Below are positions 9,523 through 19,207 of a stretch of 50,189 nt of DNA, piece after piece (position 1 is the first letter of the stretch; every line of letters begins with the position of its first letter). The position numbers and the translations under genes are program-made. This DNA comes from Desertifilum sp. SIO1I2 (GTDB taxonomy: Bacteria > Cyanobacteriota > Cyanobacteriia > Cyanobacteriales > Desertifilaceae), in contig JAAHGE010000006.1 of assembly GCA_010672635.1 (NCBI GenBank), forward strand, positions 20,519-70,707. The letters run 5' to 3'. The notes beneath the pieces are model-generated. The model made no database searches. It was not told the origin of the DNA and saw only the letters and a program-made list of their open reading frames with translations.

Positions 9523-10492
9523 ATGAATGAAAAACCATTTTCTGGGCAAATTATAAGTTTTGTAAATCTGGCGAATGAGTTAGTCTTTCGCCAATACGGA
9601 AAACCCTTGGATGAACTAGAAGAAGACGTACTTAAAGGAGCTTTAGCTGGTTGGGACTATGGACAGATTAAACGCCAAGCCAGACGGGATGTTAGTGTTG
9701 AATACCTGAAAAAATGTGTCAGCCCCAGTATGCGGAGGAAAGTTACAGAAGCACTTAAAGCTATAGGCGTACTAGACCCAGAACTGATTAGACTTAGAAA
9801 AAACGAGCTTCTGATATTGCTGAGGCAAGCGCAGGAGAAGCTTCCCCCACCCGATCGAAGAAAAGACCTAAAAGAAACGACATCTAAGCAGCTTGAGATA
9901 GATACTCATCCACAGGTGGATTGGGGAGAGGCAGTTGATGTCTCGGTTTTCTATGGACGAACAGAAGAACTGGCAACTCTTGAGCAGTGGATTGTGCAAG
10001 ATGGCTGCCGATTAGTGGTACTGTTGGGGATGGGGGGAATTGGCAAAACTTACCTGTCTATTAAATTGACCGAACAGATTCAAGATCGGTTTGATTACGT
10101 TATTTGGCGATCGCTACGTAACGCCCCATTAGTCCAAGATATGTTAACCAACTTGCTTCAATTGTTGTGCAACAATCAAGAAATTGATTTTCCGGACGAC
10201 ATAAGCGGTAAAGTTTCACTACTAATTAATTATTTACGCTCCTCACGCTGTCTGTTGGTACTGGATAATGTCGAGTCAATTTTGCGCTGTGGTGAGTGCG
10301 CGGGGCAGTATCGCGAGGGATATGAGGGGTATGGGCAATTCGTTAAACGAGTAGGAGAAGCAATTCATCAAAGCTGCTTGATATTGACCAGTCGGGAGGA
10401 ACCAGAGGAAATTAGCAGCTTGCAAGGAGAAACGCGACCCATTCGCTCATTTAGGCTATCAGGGTTAGGAGAAGAAGCAAAGGAAATCTTTA
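9523..10492 (+). pseudogene. NB-ARC/STAND ATPase (cyanobacterial NB-ARC-WD40 type), truncated at the IS
   Basis: DWGEAVDVSVFYGR, Walker A GMGGIGKT, IWRSLRNAP, Walker B LLVLDNVE, LILTSRE. Reading enters the IS after EIF; no sensor repeats follow. Confidence 0.9.
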
Positions 10493-11402
10493 GAGGATGT
10501 TTTAAAAGTCGAAACCCGTCAAAAATCATGCCAGTCGTCTGACCATGATACGAATCATCGCAATATAGATAAATGTCTCCGAGGTTTCAGGTAGTCTTTC
10601 AAAATCCTTACTTAAACGCCGACACCAATTAAGCCAGCCAAAAGTCCGCTCGACAACCCAGCGCTTTGGTAAATGGACAAAACCCTTTTTATCCAGTGGT
10701 CGAAGAACAATTTCCACAATCCACCAAAACATATCCATCACCCAACGTATAAATTCTTCGCCTCGGTATCCTCCGTCCATCCAAATGGTGTTTAACCGTT
10801 TTACGTGATTACCTGTATCGTGAACTCGCTGGAGAACTTGTTTGGCTCCTTCACGTTCTGGAAGACTGGCAGACGTTACCAAGACCCGCAAAACTAGCCC
10901 TAACAGATCCACGCTTAGATGTCGCTTGCGCCCGTGTATTTTTTTACCAGCGTCATAGCCCACATCAATCGAAATCATGGTTGCTGTTTCTACTGATTGA
11001 CTATCAACTGCTGCTTCTGATGGACTAGGTTCACGTCCTGCGGACACTCTCACCCAAGGCACAAGTTTGTCGTGAATCTTTAGCCAAGTACCGTCCTGAC
11101 TCCATCTCCAGAAATAACCATAAACAGTTGACCAGGCAGGAAAATCTCCTGGTAAGCCTCGCCATGTACACCCCTCACACAAAACATACAGAATTGCATT
11201 CACTACCGAAAATAATGCTAATTTTCGGGGACGACCACCTGGTTTTGCTTCTGGGAAAAGATCTTTCATTAATTCCCACTGTTCCCATGTCAGATTGCTA
11301 CGGTATGGTTTAGTCATCGCTCACAGGGTGCTGGTTTCTACAAATTTCAGCATATGCCTTGTGAGCTTTCTTACAGTAGCCCCCCACTTTTAAAACATCC
11401 TC
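10493..11402 (-). mobile_element. IS5-family element (IS1031-like group), apparently intact
   Basis: Perfect 17-bp IRs GAGGATGTTTTAAAAGT (10493-10509, 11386-11402); TTA on both flanks; single transposase ORF. Confidence 0.95.
10526..11317 (-). CDS. IS5-family DDE transposase
   Basis: YRSNLTWEQW, WRGLPGDFPAWSTVY, AVDSQSV, GRKRHLSVD, RWVVERTFGWL motifs. Confidence 0.95.
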   Translation of the reverse strand: MTKPYRSNLTWEQWELMKDLFPEAKPGGRPRKLALFSVVNAILYVLCEGCTWRGLPGDFPAWSTVYGYFWRWSQDGTWLKIHDKLVPWVRVSAGREPSPSEAAVDSQSVETATMISIDVGYDAGKKIHGRKRHLSVDLLGLVLRVLVTSASLPEREGAKQVLQRVHDTGNHVKRLNTIWMDGGYRGEEFIRWVMDMFWWIVEIVLRPLDKKGFVHLPKRWVVERTFGWLNWCRRLSKDFERLPETSETFIYIAMIRIMVRRLA

Positions 11403-11486
11403 TTACGAACATCTCAGTAAAACGGGTAGTTTACCTGTAGTTTGGGATGACCCCCCACGCAATGGTGACAGATCTAGGGCGTGTAA

Positions 11487-11876
11487 TCAATTAAGCCAGA
11501 TAACGGTAGCAGCAAGATAAATTGCTCCCAGAAAATTCTTAGCCCGCTTATCATAGCGTGTGGCAATCGCTCGATATTGCTTGAGTGTGGCAAAGAAGTT
11601 TTCAATTAGATGGCGTGCTTTGTACAAATCCTTGTCATAGTCACGAAGAGCAGTGCGATTGCGCTTGGGCGGAATCACTGCGATCTTCCCCTGTTGCTGA
11701 AGTCGCTCAATGACACGCTGATCAGCATCATATCCCTTGTCGGCAAGGACTGTATCGGCTGCCAGTTCATTGAGTAAGACATCAGCTCCATCAAGGTCAC
11801 AGGCTTGTCCAGGAGTCAGATGAAAGCCAAGAGGATTGCCCAGAGCATCGACCAAAGCATGGATCTTGGTACTCAA
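11487..11876 (-). CDS. IS5/IS427 transposase C-terminal ORF
   Basis: TKIHALVD, ADKGYD, RHLIENFFATLKQYRAIATRYDK. Confidence 0.9.
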   Translation of the reverse strand: MSTKIHALVDALGNPLGFHLTPGQACDLDGADVLLNELAADTVLADKGYDADQRVIERLQQQGKIAVIPPKRNRTALRDYDKDLYKARHLIENFFATLKQYRAIATRYDKRAKNFLGAIYLAATVIWLN

Positions 11877-12274
11877 TCCACCTTTGCTTCTACCAATGGC
11901 TTCGCTAGAAGCATCCCCCCTTTTGCCCCAGCACTATGCTGGTGGGCACGCACAATTGTCGAATCAATCATGGCGTATTCATTGTCCGCATCAATAGCTA
12001 ACTGCTCAAATATCTGTTGCCACACGCCGCGCTTTGCCCATCGACTGAAGCGGGTATGAACCACCCGGAAATCTCCAAATCGTTCGGGTAAGTCTCGCCA
12101 AGGGATGCCTGCTCGATAACGGTACAATACGGCTTCGACAAATAATCGATTGTTTTTAGCTGTCACCCCGACAGTTCCTTTTCGCCCTGGCAATAAGTGT
12201 TCGATGCGTTCCCACTGGTCGTCGCGCAAGGCATAGCGGCGCGTCATGATAGCACTCCTCTCGGTTGACTCCAC
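11873..12274 (-). CDS. IS5/IS427 transposase N-terminal ORF
   Basis: RRYALRDDQW, GIPWRDLPERFG, MIDSTIVRAHQHSAGA. Confidence 0.9.
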   Translation of the reverse strand: MESTERSAIMTRRYALRDDQWERIEHLLPGRKGTVGVTAKNNRLFVEAVLYRYRAGIPWRDLPERFGDFRVVHTRFSRWAKRGVWQQIFEQLAIDADNEYAMIDSTIVRAHQHSAGAKGGMLLAKPLVEAKVD

Positions 12275-12327
12275 CCACTGAGCCTACTGATTCTAAACTA
12301 GGTCTGCACCCATTTGATGACACGCCC

Positions 12328-14719
12328 TAGCAAAGCCCTTCTGCCACTCGCCAATCTGCCGGATTGCCTCCGGTTCCATCTCCTTAATTACCTTATCGGT
12401 GTAGTTTGCCATCCCCGGATCGCCCAGCAAGAAATGAAAAATGGCATCCTTCGGCAACGCCTGACCCAACGGAATCCGCTCCGGTTCAGACTCATGCCAC
12501 TTTGCTACCCCCTTCTTCAACCCCGTCACCTGCTTGCGCCGATACACCTGCCGCCGCGCCCCAATCAGCGAATTCCCACAGTGCAACTGCAAGCCAAACC
12601 AGGGGACAAACACGTCACCCTCAACAATGCGCGTCCAGGTTTGCCCCCGTTCATTGGTTTCCTCTATCTCCTGGCGGTCGCGAAAAATGCAGTTCAGCCA
12701 TAGCGACACCTCTGCCAACTCTCTCGCGATCGGGTTTTTGTCAATTCCATACACATTGCGATCCGCCAGCAGCATCTTCACCTTCTGCTTTTCCAGGGTG
12801 ATGCGATCGTGAGGAATCCGCTGGTTCAGTTCGTCCTGCTTCCGCTCCAGGTAAGCCTCTGCCAGTTGGTCGATCGCCTCATTCAAAAAGGCAGCACTTC
12901 CCATCGCAGGCTCACAAATCGTCAGCTTCAGGATGTCATCGGCCGTCTTGTCCTTCAGTAATTCCTTGAGCGCATACTTGACCAAACATTGCGTTAGCGA
13001 TTGCGGTGTATAGTAGCTGGCACTCTTTTGGCGATCGCGTCCCGCCAACCGGAAGATAAACTTGCCCTTGGGATGCTTTCGCACCTTTCCCCGCTTCCGT
13101 GCATGGTCTTCCTCAAATTCAACCTCATCATCCTCCGGGTCATGCAGCATTGCCTGGTAGATGCGATCGCTCTCCTTTTCTCTAACTAACTCCTCTGGCT
13201 TAAACTCATCCAGCCGAGATGCCGGGACAAAGTAGCCGACTTCCAAATCTGAGCGATCGTCCGGTTCACTGGCAGGCTTCACCTCATACAAATCCTCCTC
13301 TGCCAGAAACGCCGACAGGCTCAACAAGCCCTCATAGACCTCGCCAAGCTGGTTCACCCCTAGCTGAGCATAACTAATGCGCCCCCGCCGCTGCTTGCCC
13401 TTCGATCGCGACAGCGACATCAACTCCAACACCTGCCGCAACACCCCATTGCGGAATTTTACCCGGTTCAACATTTGGGTGCGATCGGGGTCAAACAAGT
13501 GACTTTTCAGCGCAGGCAACCGGAACGTATTGTGAACAACCTCCTCCTGGATACTCTGAAGATCCAGTTGGATCGAGTCCTGACTGGGATACCCCTCCCA
13601 CAGCAGCTTAAATAACCGTCGAATCGAGGTATCGATGAAATAGCCATTCTCATCCTCACTGGTGAGCAATTCCGCTTGCTCCAAATCCCGCAAGGTTTCC
13701 AGGCTGTACCCCTCCCGGTACACCTCAGAACCCATTGGCACATAACCCAACTCCGGTCGTGCTTCAATATAGAAAACAAATAGCAGCCGATAGACCCAGC
13801 GCAAACACTCCTGCTTCAACCGATCCGGATCAATTTCTCGCTCACCCCGCTCTCGCTGCGCCTCACTGGAAAACACCCGCCGCTTGCTCACTTCCCGCCG
13901 ATAGTACAGCGCCTCATTGCCCAACAACTCGATCGCTTCTCTCAGGGCAAACTTAAGGTCTTCCGAAACACTGTAAGCATGACGATGGCTATTCTCATCC
14001 AACTCATCGAGCAGCGCACTTCCTTCCGTGGGGCAGGTATGCTCTCGATGCAACAGCGTTGCCACCGCTAACAGCGAATCCGGATCGCGTTCGTTGAGCA
14101 ACTCCTGAAGGTCAAACCGCAACAGCCGAGACGCATTCCACTTGTGGCGATCGACCAGTACCATCTGGTCAATGCTGAGCAGAATCACCCATCGCGGTGG
14201 ATTATCCTGGGCAAACACCTGTTCCGTCAGCAAGTCTTCCAGGTTCATCCCCTCCAATCGCTCACCCTCAATTGTGGGCAAGCCTTCATACTGCTGGGCA
14301 TCCAACGTCAGTGAAAGAATATCCGTTGGTTCGGATGTAGAGTTAAAGCCTTCGATCGCCCAGAGTTGCGGCATCCCGTTACTGCGCGTCACTTCCGCTA
14401 CCACAGGCAATAAGCTGTCATCGTCCAACACCTTGAGCTGCGGTTGCCAGTCATACCCCAAAATTGCCAACACTTTCCGGAAAAACTCGCGCTGAAGCTT
14501 CAGTTGCTCTTCCGCATCACGAGTGCGTTCCAGGCGGTACTCGCGCAAGCGAAAATAGTCTTGCCGCAAACCCCCCAACAGGCAATCGGGTGTTTTCTCA
14601 TCCTCAGTCGCCTTTTCCTTCCATTGCTGCGCGACACCCTTCAAGTCTTCCTTGAGAATGGCATCCAAGTAGTGAGCCGAGTAAAACTCATTTTCGTTAG
14701 CAATTCCGGCTAGAGGCAT
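12328..14719 (-). pseudogene. Large Eco57I/type IIG-like DNA methyltransferase (DISARM DrmMI-like), truncated at the IS
   Basis: RKxSASYYTP and SAM-binding motif I (CEPAMGSAAFL) present. No NPP(Y/W) catalytic motif before the frame runs into the IS at 12327. Confidence 0.85.
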
Positions 14720-14730
14720 CTTTGCAACTC

Positions 14731-15219
14731 CTATTCGCCTGCTTGTTGTTTCAGGAGATTAATCAAATCAGTCGATAGCCAAAGTCCTGCATCTTGCAGT
14801 TTCTTCAACCCGTCCGCAGCAGAGGTAATTAGTCCTCGCCGCTTGGCTAAGACGATTGCAGCTCCTGTTCCCAACGTGTTAATCGATAAAGCCTTTGCAC
14901 ATCGTCTGGCAGCCCTGTCATCAACCATAGCTCGATAGGCTGGATTTTCCAGCGCAAAACTCAAAACCGATGATTCTCCTGCTCCTAAATCCCAAGCAGC
15001 TACGGATGGCGCGATCGTCACCTCAACTCGCTTCACCCAAGGCACATTCGGAAGCTGTTGAGCGGCTGCGTCCTGAGTTCCACTTGAAGTTACCTCTTGC
15101 CAGACAGCCTGCGGTACAACAATTTCATCAAAAAGCTGAGGTAGGAGGTCAGCCTGATTGCTTTTGAATAACACAATGAGTGGGGAGGCATTAATCGCCA
15201 CCTGGTTAATCGATACCAT
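14731..15219 (-). CDS. DUF3368 PIN-domain toxin-like protein
   Basis: INASPLI, VPQAVWQEV, DLGAGES, VDDRAAR, LGTGA. Confidence 0.85.
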   Translation of the reverse strand: MVSINQVAINASPLIVLFKSNQADLLPQLFDEIVVPQAVWQEVTSSGTQDAAAQQLPNVPWVKRVEVTIAPSVAAWDLGAGESSVLSFALENPAYRAMVDDRAARRCAKALSINTLGTGAAIVLAKRRGLITSAADGLKKLQDAGLWLSTDLINLLKQQAGE

Positions 15220-15460
15220 TTAGCTCCTCAGCTAATTCTTCAGGTGTGTATTGCAGTACACAGACTTTATAGCGAGAAAGAGCATTGATAAAATCGGCTC
15301 GACTCAATCCGGCAATTTCGGCAGCTTTCCCCTGAGACACTTCCCCCAGTTCATACCACTTCACCGCCGCTGCAATCCGCATCTCCTGAACAAACTCATC
15401 AGGCGCTTTACGCAGGGCAGAGAAAACCGTCTCAGGCAGTTGGAGTTGAATGGCTTTCAT
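15206..15460 (-). CDS. UPF0175-family antitoxin-like protein
   Basis: AAAVKWYELGEVSQGKAAEIAGLSRADF; overlaps the PIN gene start. Confidence 0.85.
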   Translation of the reverse strand: MKAIQLQLPETVFSALRKAPDEFVQEMRIAAAVKWYELGEVSQGKAAEIAGLSRADFINALSRYKVCVLQYTPEELAEELNGID

Positions 15461-15470
15461 CGTTTCTCAC

Positions 15471-18341
15471 CTATTGACATCTGAGAACAGCAACAATCTT
15501 GATGTATGGATCGGGTTCCGTCGTCATCGACAACTCTACCCAATCCCGATAGTCCTTGAAAATCTTCTCAATGTGACTTAGTTCTCCCTGTCGTCGCTGT
15601 TGCTTGATAGCTTCGGGTCGCTTGTCATCCTCAAAGCGTAGCTCTAATTGTTCAATGTGGTATCCTTTCAACCGTTCCAACCGTTCCCGTTGTTCCTTCA
15701 GCTTGGGCGCGAGGGTTGCGTCAAAGAGCTGGCGTTCTTTCTGCAAGTAGGTCATCGCTTTTGCGATCGCCTGCGTTCTTAACGGTAACAAATCGCCAAC
15801 TTCAGTCGCGCCAGGATTCGGAATGGGACGTTGCCCCAACTCTGTACGCTGCACTGTCTCTGAAAACGGCTCTACCCGGATGAATTTTCCCCGCTCAAAA
15901 ACCACAGATACCCAGCGATTAATCACCGGAGAACCGCGACGGTTCGGGAAGCTGCCAAACAGCACGAACGTGACTTCCTGAGATGCCATGCCGTCATGCA
16001 GCAGTAAAACTGGAGCCTGATGCCGCCCAAACCGGAACAGGCAGCGATCGGTCAGCCACTCCATCAGCGGATGCAAATCCCACAAGTATTGCTTACTCGT
16101 CCAGGTTGCTTCCTGACGACGGGCATCCTCCATCGCTTTCATGATAGTCTGAGGGCGATCGCTTAGGTGCAGCAAGGCATTGTTTTGGGGGCGAATCTCA
16201 CGCGGCAGGCGATCGTAGCGACGTTCCAGTTCGGCTGGAAGCTGTAGCTCAATGAAGCGCTCCGTTTCGTTGATGTTCAGGTTGGGAGGGAGTTTTTCCA
16301 AGGATTGCAGGGCAGCGATCGCATATTGGAAGGTGGATGGAAACAGGCTCAATAGGGTTCCTTCTTTAACTGTTACCTGATGGTCGGTTCCCTCAGCGCT
16401 TTCCTCAACTTCATCGGGATTGTCATACCAGTCGAAGATGTTAAACTCTCCACCAGTAGCCGCATTTTCATCTAATTGTTGAGAAAATGCCTCCGCTGAC
16501 ATTCCCTCTTCAATCACTCTAGCGGTGACTTCCTCCTCGGCTTCTGCCTCAAACACCCCCATAAACACAGAGGGGTCGCCAATATTTTTGATTGCCTGCT
16601 CATCCTTATCCAGCAGCACTTTCACAATTCGCTCGACCTCATCCATGCGCTCCAGTTGAGAGCGGGTCAACAGATAGCGAATCTCCGGCTGACGGTTCTG
16701 CCCGTAGCGATCGATGCGTCCGTTACGCTGCTGCAATGTCATTAGCGACCAAGGGATGTCAAAGTGAATCAGTTTGTGGCTCAAGTAGTGCAGGTTCAAC
16801 CCCTCTGACGCTACTTCCGTCGCAATCAGAATGCGAACTTTGGCGTTCTCCTGCCCAAATTCCTCCACAATGCGCGTTTGATCGATATCCGGCATCCCAC
16901 CATCTAGGACACTAACCGCTTCCGGCTTTAACCCCAAATCCTTCACTAACTGCTCTTTCAAAAACCGCAGCGTTTCTAACCGCCCGCTGAAAATGACCAG
17001 CCTATCTTTGGCATCTCGACCCATCCAGCCAAAGTCCTTCTGAATTAGCTTGAGTAACCGCTGGTACTTGGAGAAATCTTCTACCCTGACTCGCACTAGA
17101 GCTTGTTTCAAGTCTTCTAGTTCAGCAATATCATTTCGATCCGCCTCATCAGCCTCCTCTTTCTTCGTTAACCGTTTCAGCCGATTCGTGACCGTCTCCA
17201 AACAAGCAGCAGGGCTGGAGAGCATCGCTTTGAGTAGCGTGGTTTTGAAAAGCTGCCCTGCCTTACGCCGACTGTCGATACTATGCAGCTTCAGTTCGTT
17301 GAGAATCTCAAAGACATCCTCTTCAGCCGTCGATGCCTGAGCCTCGACCGCCTCTACATTCCTCTCTGGCACATGCTGCTTCAAATCGTGAAGTACGTCC
17401 TTCTTGAAGCGCCGGACATACAAATCGCGAATGTCGTCTTTGGTGTAGTTGGACTCCGACGCGATCGCTGTCGGGTCGAGCATATTCATCAAACTGGCGA
17501 AGCTCTCCGGGCGACCATCATGCGGTGTAGCCGACAGCAGAATCAAAGTATCGGAACGAGTCGATAGCCGCTCTGCTAGCTTTGCCCGTTGGGACGCTCC
17601 CTCTCCTTTGCCACGACGAGCTACGTTATGAGCTTCGTCAATAATGATAATGTCCCAGTACGCCCGCTCCAGAAAGCTGCGATATTCCCGGTCTTGCTTG
17701 AGCGTATCAATGGAAACGATCGAGCGATCGTAGTAATGGAAGGGGTTGTGATTACCTGGAATTCGAGTCCGAATCCGTTGCAGTTGAATCGAATCAAGTC
17801 GAACCAAAGGAATTGTAAACCGACTCCAGAACTCCTTCTGAAACTGCACCATCATCGATTTGGTCGTCACGACCAAGATACGTCGCCCTTGCCCCCGACG
17901 AATGAGTTCAGACACCAAAATTCCACACTCTAGCGTCTTCCCCAACCCTACAGCATCAGCGATCAAAATCCGTTGCCTTGGCATCTGTAGAGCTTTGCTA
18001 ACAGGCAGCAGTTGATAGCTCATTACATCCATTGCTGCCCGTTGTCCCAAGTAAATTCTGCGATCGTCTGGAACGGTTTGCCGCAGATGAGACTCGATAA
18101 ACAACAAGCTGTGGTTGTATCCAGAGGATGTATCGGCGATTAACTCGGTTTCTTCTGGACGTAGGACTTGCAGGTCGTCTTCCAGGTTTTCAATAAATTG
18201 TGCTGTCCGTCCTCGGATGAATTCTGAGACACCAACGGCTTCAATAACCCGACCACCATCAGACGATTGAGTCGTGGACTTAACCAGCCACTCGGCATCT
18301 CGACAAAGGATACGCGCACCTGGAGCGATCGTTCTTACCAT
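15471..18341 (-). CDS. SNF2-family helicase (DISARM DrmD-like)
   Basis: LIADAVGLGKT, IIIDEAHN, LSATPHDG, TEVASEGLNL, QRNGRIDRYGQ. Confidence 0.9.
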   Translation of the reverse strand: MVRTIAPGARILCRDAEWLVKSTTQSSDGGRVIEAVGVSEFIRGRTAQFIENLEDDLQVLRPEETELIADTSSGYNHSLLFIESHLRQTVPDDRRIYLGQRAAMDVMSYQLLPVSKALQMPRQRILIADAVGLGKTLECGILVSELIRRGQGRRILVVTTKSMMVQFQKEFWSRFTIPLVRLDSIQLQRIRTRIPGNHNPFHYYDRSIVSIDTLKQDREYRSFLERAYWDIIIIDEAHNVARRGKGEGASQRAKLAERLSTRSDTLILLSATPHDGRPESFASLMNMLDPTAIASESNYTKDDIRDLYVRRFKKDVLHDLKQHVPERNVEAVEAQASTAEEDVFEILNELKLHSIDSRRKAGQLFKTTLLKAMLSSPAACLETVTNRLKRLTKKEEADEADRNDIAELEDLKQALVRVRVEDFSKYQRLLKLIQKDFGWMGRDAKDRLVIFSGRLETLRFLKEQLVKDLGLKPEAVSVLDGGMPDIDQTRIVEEFGQENAKVRILIATEVASEGLNLHYLSHKLIHFDIPWSLMTLQQRNGRIDRYGQNRQPEIRYLLTRSQLERMDEVERIVKVLLDKDEQAIKNIGDPSVFMGVFEAEAEEEVTARVIEEGMSAEAFSQQLDENAATGGEFNIFDWYDNPDEVEESAEGTDHQVTVKEGTLLSLFPSTFQYAIAALQSLEKLPPNLNINETERFIELQLPAELERRYDRLPREIRPQNNALLHLSDRPQTIMKAMEDARRQEATWTSKQYLWDLHPLMEWLTDRCLFRFGRHQAPVLLLHDGMASQEVTFVLFGSFPNRRGSPVINRWVSVVFERGKFIRVEPFSETVQRTELGQRPIPNPGATEVGDLLPLRTQAIAKAMTYLQKERQLFDATLAPKLKEQRERLERLKGYHIEQLELRFEDDKRPEAIKQQRRQGELSHIEKIFKDYRDWVELSMTTEPDPYIKIVAVLRCQ

Positions 18342-18459
18342 GTCATATTACAACCACAGACCAAAGTTCCCAATCTCTAATCTATTCCCTTTTCAAAAAC
18401 TTCCCTCAAAATGAGCGAGTTCTAAGTTTCATCCTCGTTGGTTTTTCAATGGCACAAAA

Positions 18460-19008
18460 TATAGCCCTACGTAGATACGTTAGGACGCTATTCTAGAGGA
18501 AAAGAAGCATTGAGATACAACCATGCCTGCCCCTTATAGTTACGACCTCAGACAAAAAGCGATTCGCGAAGCGATCCGCATGGCTACTGTGAGGTGGGGG
18601 AACGATTCTATGCGCTCAAGTCGGGTAAGCGCACTGAACGAGTCAGTTGGATTGCAGCATTAAAAGAAGGATGTTTATTGGCTCCAATGACATTTGCCGG
18701 TTCTTGCAACCGAGACTTATTTGAGATGTGGTTGGAGGAATGCTTAGTGCCGCAATTGAAGACAGGAGATGTAATTGTAATTGACAACGCTAGTTTTCAT
18801 CGTTCCCAAAGGATTGAAGAAATTGTGGCAGCAGTTGGATGTGAAATTTGGTATCTGCCGCCTTATTCTCCAGATTTGAACAAGATTGAAAACTGGTGGT
18901 TTGTGCTCAAGAATTGGATGCGACAACGATGGGATGAGTTTGAAAACTTTCGAGATTGTGTGGATGCTGCGTTCAAGCAATGTCCTAACGTATGTTCGTA
19001 GAGCGATA
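18460..19008 (+). mobile_element. Internally deleted IS630-family element
   Basis: 27-bp imperfect IRs (18460-18486, 18982-19008; 4 mismatches). MPAPYSYDLRQKAI from ATG 18523 is joined directly to C-terminal DDE sequence (...VIDNASFH...LPPYSPDLNKIE). Confidence 0.85.
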
Positions 19009-19194
19009 CTTAGATTCTGTTACCCATTGCCATGCGATCGCGTCTTTCATCCGTTGCTCCCGCATGTCCGCCATTACCAGTTCCAGTTCTGCCCCACTCA
19101 AGTTAATCTTAGCTGGAGCTAAATCAACGTTGTGGATGTCGGCATGGATGAGAGCGATTTCTGCTAATGTAATATCCACTCCCGATAACCTCAC
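19009..19194 (-). pseudogene. Possible pentapeptide-repeat-like fragment cut by the IS630 end
   Basis: LSGVDITLAEIALIHADIHNVDL...NLSGAEL is only weakly periodic; the frame runs into the IS IR. Confidence 0.25.
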
Positions 19195-19207
19195 TGTTCA
19201 GGTGGTA

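Larger units (their letters stand above)
11477..12327 (-). mobile_element. IS5-family element (IS427-like group), two-ORF frameshifted transposase
   Basis: IRs GGGCGTGTAATCAA / GGGCGTGTCATCAA; CTAG target context with TA on both sides; A4G6 slippery run near 11913-11922. Confidence 0.9.

Noticed and set aside
12293-14719. BREX PglX label for the methyltransferase
   Set aside because: No pglZ/brxC genes in the window; the SNF2 neighbour fits a DISARM-like arrangement better. The tracked C-terminal RACHQMGADLV is IS-derived.
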